Shown here in pieces: positions 26,259-32,000 of a stretch of 32,000 bases of DNA (position 1 is the first letter of the stretch; each line of letters opens with the position of its first letter). Origin of the DNA: Microcystis aeruginosa NIES-843 (lineage in GTDB: Bacteria > Cyanobacteriota > Cyanobacteriia > Cyanobacteriales > Microcystaceae); NCBI RefSeq assembly GCF_000010625.1, contig NC_010296.1, positions 2,880,001-2,912,000 on the forward strand, written 5' to 3'. Below the pieces are notes generated by a model, which ran no database searches, was not told where the DNA came from, and saw only the letters and a program-made list of their open reading frames with translations. Made by a program: the position numbers and the translations under genes.

Positions 26259-26510
26259 TTACATTCTTTCCACACTGCCAAAAAAGACGGGTTCCACCCG
26301 AATAGCAACGATACTAGCCGGACGTAAAACCATATATTCCCCTTGGATATTTCTGATCGGAACATTGATAAAATCTTGGGAATCGGCTTTCGGAACTAAT
26401 TCGTTACTGTACCACTTTTGAAATTCTTGGATAGTCAAAAAACGGACTTCCTCGCGATGTCCACTGCTTAAGAACAAATGTACTGCGTACTCGTCAGCTT
26501 TTCTACTCAT
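26259..26510 (-). CDS. 83-aa hypothetical protein, last gene of the minus-strand three-gene operon.
   Basis: Its start lies 5 nt after the stop of the 259-aa gene. The sequence is non-repetitive and protein-like. Confidence 0.6.
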   Translation of the reverse strand: MSRKADEYAVHLFLSSGHREEVRFLTIQEFQKWYSNELVPKADSQDFINVPIRNIQGEYMVLRPASIVAIRVEPVFFGSVERM

Positions 26511-26515
26511 TTTTT

Positions 26516-27295
26516 TTAACTAATCAGATTGAATTTTTGTAATAAAGTTGCCATTAAAGGCGGAAAAGTGAGACGCAATTCGCTAAGATCCGAGAAAATT
26601 AATTTTTGGTAGCTTGGCAGGTCAAAAGCCAGTTTACCCTTTAATTCCGCCCGATTTTGATAGGTCAGCAGAATTTGTCCGCCCTGTTTACAAGCGATCG
26701 CATAACCTAATTCTACACCCACTAGGGGACTGGGCAGTAATTCCGTTTCCTTTTGGCTAATCGCCGTAGCATCGGCAATAAATAATAAACTTTTGCGAAT
26801 TTTGCGTAGTTGACTATCACTCAATCTGGTGACATTGCCCTCAGTTCGGGGCGTTTCTTCGATGGTTAAGGGCAAACGGGAGCGTTTATTGAGATTTTCG
26901 ACGGTTTCGGTCAAAATTGTTCTTAAAGCGGTGCTAGAGTCCTTAAATTGGCTTTGGGAGCTAAAATAAATGACGGGATCCAACCAAGCGCTGAGGTCCT
27001 GTTTAGTAAAGTAAATTTCTTGGGAAATCAGGTCAATATTCGAGATGACGTAACCGCCACTACCTTCGAGGTAAAATTCCACCCTTTCCCCTTCTAGATA
27101 GCGTTGGAACCAGACAGAACCCTGTATCGTCAGACTATCATCGAGAAAATCGGCTCTTAAACCCGATTTTAGGAGACTATTGCGACTTAAGCGCAAGTCG
27201 TGGGGACGTTTGACAACCTCGCGGATAGGTTCGTATTTGTCCAGATACCAAGCTTTCAGGGCAATGATGGCCATAGGTGTGGCGATTAAAGACAC
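26516..27295 (-). CDS. 259-aa hypothetical protein whose C-terminal half resembles a nucleoside 2-deoxyribosyltransferase / TIR-like Rossmannoid domain.
   Basis: C-terminal pattern PVIYFSSQSQ ... LLFIADATA ... PLVGVELGYAIACKQGGQILL (VELGYA at 26699-26716). This matches the beta1, ADxxxA and xE(L/I)GYAxAxxKP layout of the NDT/TIR-like fold. Confidence 0.6.
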   Translation of the reverse strand: MSLIATPMAIIALKAWYLDKYEPIREVVKRPHDLRLSRNSLLKSGLRADFLDDSLTIQGSVWFQRYLEGERVEFYLEGSGGYVISNIDLISQEIYFTKQDLSAWLDPVIYFSSQSQFKDSSTALRTILTETVENLNKRSRLPLTIEETPRTEGNVTRLSDSQLRKIRKSLLFIADATAISQKETELLPSPLVGVELGYAIACKQGGQILLTYQNRAELKGKLAFDLPSYQKLIFSDLSELRLTFPPLMATLLQKFNLIS

Positions 27296-27304
27296 TCTCC
27301 CATT

Positions 27305-27697
27305 TTAGCAGTAAGCACCGATATCCTCTCCACATTCATCGGCTAGGTAAGAAAGAGCGCGAAATCTTAACATCATCAGGTTTTCGTAGAGGGGATTTAG
27401 CTTGCAAAGGGGCGGAATCTCTAGAATTGTCCGGCTAAATAGGGTAATTTTCCTAGCAAAGGGACATTGAGCCGGAATTAGACGACAAATCCGATGAGCC
27501 AGTGCAGGTGTATTAATCTCTAGGCGATCAATTCGTTGCCGCAGGGGTTGCCATAAATCCCATTTTGGTTGCGGTGACGGGTTTTTCCGATTGCCTTTCG
27601 ACCAAGGGGCGATCCAATTAGACAAAATTATTTTATTTGTGGTATAATCCGATACATCAGCATCGACCATAGCTTTACCTTCTATTGATTGACTCAT
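27305..27697 (-). CDS. Protein with a Mo-dependent-nitrogenase C-terminal domain (Mo-nitro_C family). Function unknown.
   Basis: LAHRICRLIPAQCPFARKITLFSRTILEIPPLCKLNPLYENLMMLRFRALSYLADECGEDIGAYC matches the conserved Cys-rich core of this cyanobacterial family as I recall it. Confidence 0.75.
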   Translation of the reverse strand: MSQSIEGKAMVDADVSDYTTNKIILSNWIAPWSKGNRKNPSPQPKWDLWQPLRQRIDRLEINTPALAHRICRLIPAQCPFARKITLFSRTILEIPPLCKLNPLYENLMMLRFRALSYLADECGEDIGAYC

Positions 27698-28046
27698 AAG
27701 GTTCTATCTGAGATTACGACAGGGCGAACAATCTTTCCCGAAAATCCTCTGGGACGTTCGGACATTTGACCGCTTTAACGATAACATCTCTGGGATAAAA
27801 TTACCCGTTAAGACTGCACGGGAACGCTGGGGCTGCGGCGAGGAAACTTGAACATTTGTACTAATTTTCCATCTCCGAGTTATCACCTGAAAGCTAATAG
27901 GCAACAGACGACAATAAGATAACGTCACCAGTGAGTTAACTAGATTAATCTCTAAGCTTCACCCAAAGATATTGGCTCTGATTAGAGCTATTACTAGGTT
28001 AGCAAAAAGTCAGGTTTTTTCACGTCAGCATAGTACACTTTTTCTG

Positions 28047-28074
28047 GGTATAAAATAGCACCCAGTTTTGTCAA
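28047..28074 (-). promoter_or_regulatory. Candidate sigma70-type promoter for the minus-strand operon.
   Basis: On the minus strand: TTGACA (28069-28074), a 16-nt spacer, then TATACC (28047-52). This implies a ~340-nt leader. Confidence 0.3.
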
Positions 28075-28092
28075 AGATACGCAATCCAAGAA

Positions 28093-28266
28093 GTGGGGTA
28101 TGGGGTGTAGGGTGTAGGGTGTGGGGTGTAGGGTGTGGGGTGTGGGAATTATGAATTATCAATTATAAATTATAAATTGGGTAGTTTTTTGCTGTGAATA
28201 GTAAACGGTGAACTGATAACTGATAACTGATAACTGATAACTGATAACTGATAACTGATAACTGAT
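28093..28266. repeat. Composite STR block: (GGGTGTR)n G-rich array, then GGAATTATGAATTAT with AT-rich repeats, then (GATAACT)x7-8.
   Basis: Read directly. It abuts the argS stop codon (28267-28269) and has the same architecture as 17885-17958. Confidence 0.85.
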
Positions 28267-30024
28267 TTACATTCTTTCCAAAACGGGGATTCCCAGGAGA
28301 GATAAGCCTAATTTTAGGGTTCTTGCCGTTAAATCACACAAAAATAAACGAGAGGTTTTAATCGGTTCTGCTGCTTTCAGAACGGGACAATTCTCGTAGA
28401 AACGATTATACTTTTTACTGAGTTCGTAAAGATAATCACATAGACGATTGGGTAATAAATCCTCTTCCACGGCACTAATTACTTCTGGCAGTTGCAGTAA
28501 TTGTTTAGCCAGAATTAATTCGCTTTCATCCTTGAGAATTAGCGATGAATTGGCACTTAAATCCTGAAAATTAATACCACCTTCGCGACTGATACTCTGG
28601 ACTCTAGCGTAAGCGTACAGCATATAGGGGGCGGTGTTGCCTTGCAGATTGAGCATTTTGTCGTAACTGAAAACGTAGTTACTATGGCGATTTTGGCTGA
28701 GATCGGCGTATTTAACGGCACTTAATCCGACAGTTTCGGCAGTCTTAGCGATAAAATCGCCGGTTTCTTCTCTTTCCTCGCTTGCCAGTCTTTTTTCTAA
28801 GTCAGCCAGGGAACAGGCGATCGCTTGATCGAGTAATTCTTGTAATTTTACCGTCTCCCCGGAACGAGTTTTTAATTTTTTACCATCTTCCCCTAAAACT
28901 AATCCAAAAGCGACGTGAACCACTGCCACATTATCGGGTAAAAATCCCGCTTTTTTAGCCACCTGAAATACTTGGGCAAAATGGTTAGCTTGTCCAGCAT
29001 CAGTAACATAAATTATTCTTTCGGCCTTATCTTCACGCACTCGATAACAAATTGCCGCTAAATCGGTGGTAGCGTAATTATAACCGCCGTCGGATTTCTT
29101 GACAATTAGGGGTAAAGGCTCCCCCTCTTTGTTGGTAAAACCATCGAGAAAGACGCATAAAGCACCGTTGTCTTCTGTTAGCAATCCCTGTTGATCTAAT
29201 TCTCTGATTACTGCTTCCAGGTAGGGATTATAAAAAGATTCCCCCCTTTCGGTCAGTTTTATATCGAGAATATCATAGATTTTCTGAAATTCCCGTCGTG
29301 ATTGTTGACAAAGTAACTGCCATGCTTGACGACTTTGAGGATCACCCGACTGTAATTTTACTACAGCTTGACGGGCAGTTTCTTTAAAGTTTTCGTCTTC
29401 ATCAAAACGAATTTTGGCCTTTTTATAAAAGCTAACTAAATCCCCTAAATCTAGGGCATCTGCTTGGGTTAAAGCACTAGGATAAGCTTCTTGCAAATAG
29501 GTGATTAACATCCCGAATTGAGTCCCCCAATCCCCGACGTGATTAAGACGAATTACTTGATGATGACGAAATTCCAAAATCCGAGCAATACAATCACCGA
29601 TTATAGTCGATCGCAAGTGACCGACGTGCATTTCTTTGGCAATATTGGGACTGGAAAAATCGACAATAATTTTTTGACTGGGGTTAGCGGTGGCAACTCC
29701 TAAACGGTTGTCAGTAATTAGGTCTTTTAATTGGGTTTCTAGATAACTGGGTTTAAGGGTAAGATTAATAAAACCGGGTCCGGCAATTTCGGGGGTTTGA
29801 CAGAGATCATCTATCTCTAGATTTTTTAGTAAAGTCGCCGCCACTTCCCGCGGTTTTTGTTTTAATTCTTTGGCTAAAGAGAGGGAAATATTACATTGAT
29901 AATCGCCAAAACGGGGGTTACTAGCGGCCACAATTAGAGGATCGGTATCAGCGAAGTTTTCCCCAAAGGATTTAACTAGGGATTGGGAAAAGCGTTCTTT
30001 TATTTGTTGGATAATGGCAGTCAT
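28267..30024 (-). CDS. argS: Arginine--tRNA ligase.
   Basis: Class I HIGH-type motif [14 protein letters not shown] and the typical ArgRS N-terminal and DALR anticodon-binding regions. 585 aa. Confidence 0.95.
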
Positions 30025-30329
30025 AGAGAGAATTTAGCAATTAGGGATTAGACAAAAATTGAGAAGGAATCGGTTAGCTTCCTAGCAGTAACCAGATTAT
30101 GGGTCGAATTAGCTACTGAAGATGCCGATTGATGGTATTCTTTCAAGACTTTTGTGATAATCTTTTGTGGTGTATTCATTATAGTTTCGAGCCAAGGAGA
30201 TTAACACTCCAGATAAATCAGGTTATTGACCATCTTACCTTATCATAATCTGAAGACGAATCCAATGCAGCTGGCTGCTGGGAAACATTTGCTTTAATAT
30301 AGTAAGTAAGCTTTACCAATAGTACAACC

Positions 30330-30584
30330 ATGTTAGCCAGTTATATTGATCAAGCGATGGCATTAGCTCGATACGAAATCATTGAAGAAGATGGCACTTA
30401 TTGGGGTGAAATTCCACCCCTTCAGGGAGTTTGGGCAAATCACGCCAATCTAGAAGATTGCCAGCAAGAATTGCGCGAAGCTTTAAGCGATTGGATTGCT
30501 TTGCGTCTGTGTTTAGGTTTGCCGATTCCAGTGTTAGCAGGAATAGATCTTAATCTCCTTCCTCAACCCATGTCTTCAATTTAA
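30330..30584 (+). CDS. hicB: HicB-like antitoxin (UPF0150 / HicB_lk_antitox type).
   Basis: YEIIEEDGTYWGEIPPLQGVWANHANLEDCQQELREALSDWI pattern. It ends 3 nt upstream of hicA. Confidence 0.7.
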   Translation: MLASYIDQAMALARYEIIEEDGTYWGEIPPLQGVWANHANLEDCQQELREALSDWIALRLCLGLPIPVLAGIDLNLLPQPMSSI

Positions 30585-30587
30585 GAT

Positions 30588-30806
30588 ATGCCTAAATTAA
30601 CCGCCGTATCATGGCTTAATCTAGTTCAAAGATTACGAGAACTTGGGTTTGACGGTCCCTACGCTGGGGGTAAACACCCTCAAATGCGTCGGGATAATTT
30701 AACGATAATTATCCCCAATCCCCATCAAGGTGAAATAGGGGTAGGACTGTTAAAACGCATTCTCAATCAAGCGGGTATTACCAGAGAAGAATGGCTGGGA
30801 AAATAG
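30588..30806 (+). CDS. hicA: HicA-family mRNA interferase toxin.
   Basis: LVQRLRELGF...GGKHPQMRRDNLTIIIPNPHQGEIGVGLLKRILNQAGITREEW matches the HicA/YcfA pattern, including the catalytic His context. Confidence 0.8.
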   Translation: MPKLTAVSWLNLVQRLRELGFDGPYAGGKHPQMRRDNLTIIIPNPHQGEIGVGLLKRILNQAGITREEWLGK

Positions 30807-30828
30807 CAGGGAAAACACCGCATTTAAC

Positions 30829-31308
30829 CTACTGCTTAACCAATAAAACCACGGCATAAACTGCGATACCTTCTTCTCGTCCCACCGGTCCCAATTGTTC
30901 GTTAGTAGTGGCTTTAATTCCCACCTGGTCCGGATTAATCTTGAGAGTTGCTGCTAACTTGGCTCGCATCGCAATAAGGTGGGGTTTCATTTTCGGTTTT
31001 TCGGCAATAATTACCGAATCAATATTATTAATCCGCCAACCTTTATCGATAATTAATTGATTAACTTGTTCTAATAATTTTAAACTATTCGCCCCTTGCC
31101 ATTGTGGGTCTGTGGGGGGAAAATAATGACCGATATCGCCTAAACTAAGCGCCCCCAGCATGGCATCCATGATAGCGTGGGTTAAGACATCGGCATCACT
31201 GTGACCCAATAAACCGACAGTATGGGCAATCTCTACTCCTCCTAAAATTAAAGGTCTTCCTGTTACCAATCGGTGGATATCGTAGCCGTTACCAATACGA
31301 ATATTCAT
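30829..31308 (-). CDS. ispF: 2-C-methyl-D-erythritol 2,4-cyclodiphosphate synthase.
   Basis: [31 protein letters not shown] and [16 protein letters not shown] are canonical IspF. Confidence 0.95.
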   Translation of the reverse strand: MNIRIGNGYDIHRLVTGRPLILGGVEIAHTVGLLGHSDADVLTHAIMDAMLGALSLGDIGHYFPPTDPQWQGANSLKLLEQVNQLIIDKGWRINNIDSVIIAEKPKMKPHLIAMRAKLAATLKINPDQVGIKATTNEQLGPVGREEGIAVYAVVLLVKQ

Positions 31309-31642
31309 AGAGCAGTCTCCTTGAAGTTATATTAATTATCTTATCGCAAAAGGGAACAAGTTAGGGAAAAGATTTCCCTAACTTGTCCTTATTAGTTAAT
31401 TAGCTAGGAAGGATGAACTATTCTGCTGAAGTTTTTCCCAATACAATGAAAGCTTATACTAAATTGATTTTTGATAGTATCATTAACTGCCAATCCAACT
31501 TTAAAAACCCACTTCCCACTTGCCACTCTATACTTGTTAAATAAGATTTAGTATAACTCGATCGCTGTTAAAATTGCGGTAGAATCGGGAGAGGGTTGGG
31601 TTTCATGCTTCAAACCAACCTACGTTCTTTTTAAATAAGATT

Positions 31643-31746
31643 TATAGCGTTTTTCAGTCTGCTGAGGTACAAAAGTTATGGGTTTTAGGCACTCATGCAA
31701 AAGGGAAGAAAAATAGGTGTACCTTACTAGCTTAGGAAACGCTATA
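31643..31746. mobile_element. MITE-like element, family C, copy 2.
   Basis: TATAGCGTTTT...GGAAACGCTATA termini, related to 20599-20709. Confidence 0.55.
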
Positions 31747-31855
31747 GTTAAACACCGAATTTTGAACAATTATGCAACAATTTATTCAACAGTTAAAAAT
31801 CGATTTATCCTTGACAGTGATCTAGCAGTTTCATCATTTACTTTCCTAAATATCC

Positions 31856-32000
31856 TTAGCTAATCATCGCCAATAAACCTTGATAAAAAATCTGAAAACT
31901 AGGAGAACAATTATGAGCAGGAGTCATAAATTGAGAAATTTCTCGGGCTGCTTTCACTTTTTCTAAACCTCCTCGATCATACCCAGCTTTTTGAAGTATC
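31856..32000 (-). CDS. 3' end of a minus-strand ORF that runs off the window edge (product unknown).
   Basis: Open frame from the window edge to TAA (31856-31858), encoding ...ILQKAGYDRGGLEKVKAAREISQFMTPAHNCSPSFQIFYQGLLAMIS. Only 47 codons are visible. Confidence 0.3.
   Translation of the reverse strand, partial: ILQKAGYDRGGLEKVKAAREISQFMTPAHNCSPSFQIFYQGLLAMIS

Noticed and set aside
27704-27928. 74-aa minus-strand ORF ending 6 nt before the Mo-nitro_C gene start.
   Set aside because: The sequence is Arg/Ser-rich and unrecognisable, with no ribosome-binding site. The tight spacing is suggestive but not enough, so I treat it as leader sequence.

Overview
This window looks like cyanobacterial chromosome. 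HIP1 octamers GCGATCGC are frequent (e.g. 4335-4342, 8061-8068), psaE and kaiABC are present, and intergenic DNA is packed with short tandem repeats and MITE-like elements. That repeat load suggests Microcystis or a close relative, which is an inference, not a verified identification. Confident housekeeping calls are feoA-feoB-feoC, a sll0418-type MPBQ/MSBQ methyltransferase, kaiA-kaiB-kaiC, psaE, rsmE, argS and ispF. Other supported genes are a PEP-CTERM protein, a CBS-PAS histidine kinase with a pseudo-receiver divergent from kaiA, and an aminotransferase-sulfotransferase-flippase-like cluster. There is also a P-loop gene followed by two metallophosphoesterase paralogs, and a hicB-hicA pair. 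The most interesting stretch is about 5 kb between rsmE and argS (23.1-28.3 kb). It holds a 56-aa helical protein, a 648-aa DndD-like SMC/ABC ATPase with a central CxCxxC hook-like motif, and a translationally coupled 135-aa helical protein, with no DndA, DndB, DndC or nuclease partner in view. Converging on this module is a tight three-gene operon: a Cys-rich Mo-nitrogenase-C-domain protein, a 259-aa protein with a deoxyribosyltransferase/TIR-like C-terminal motif, and an 83-aa protein. All product calls rest on motif recognition by eye. No database search was possible.
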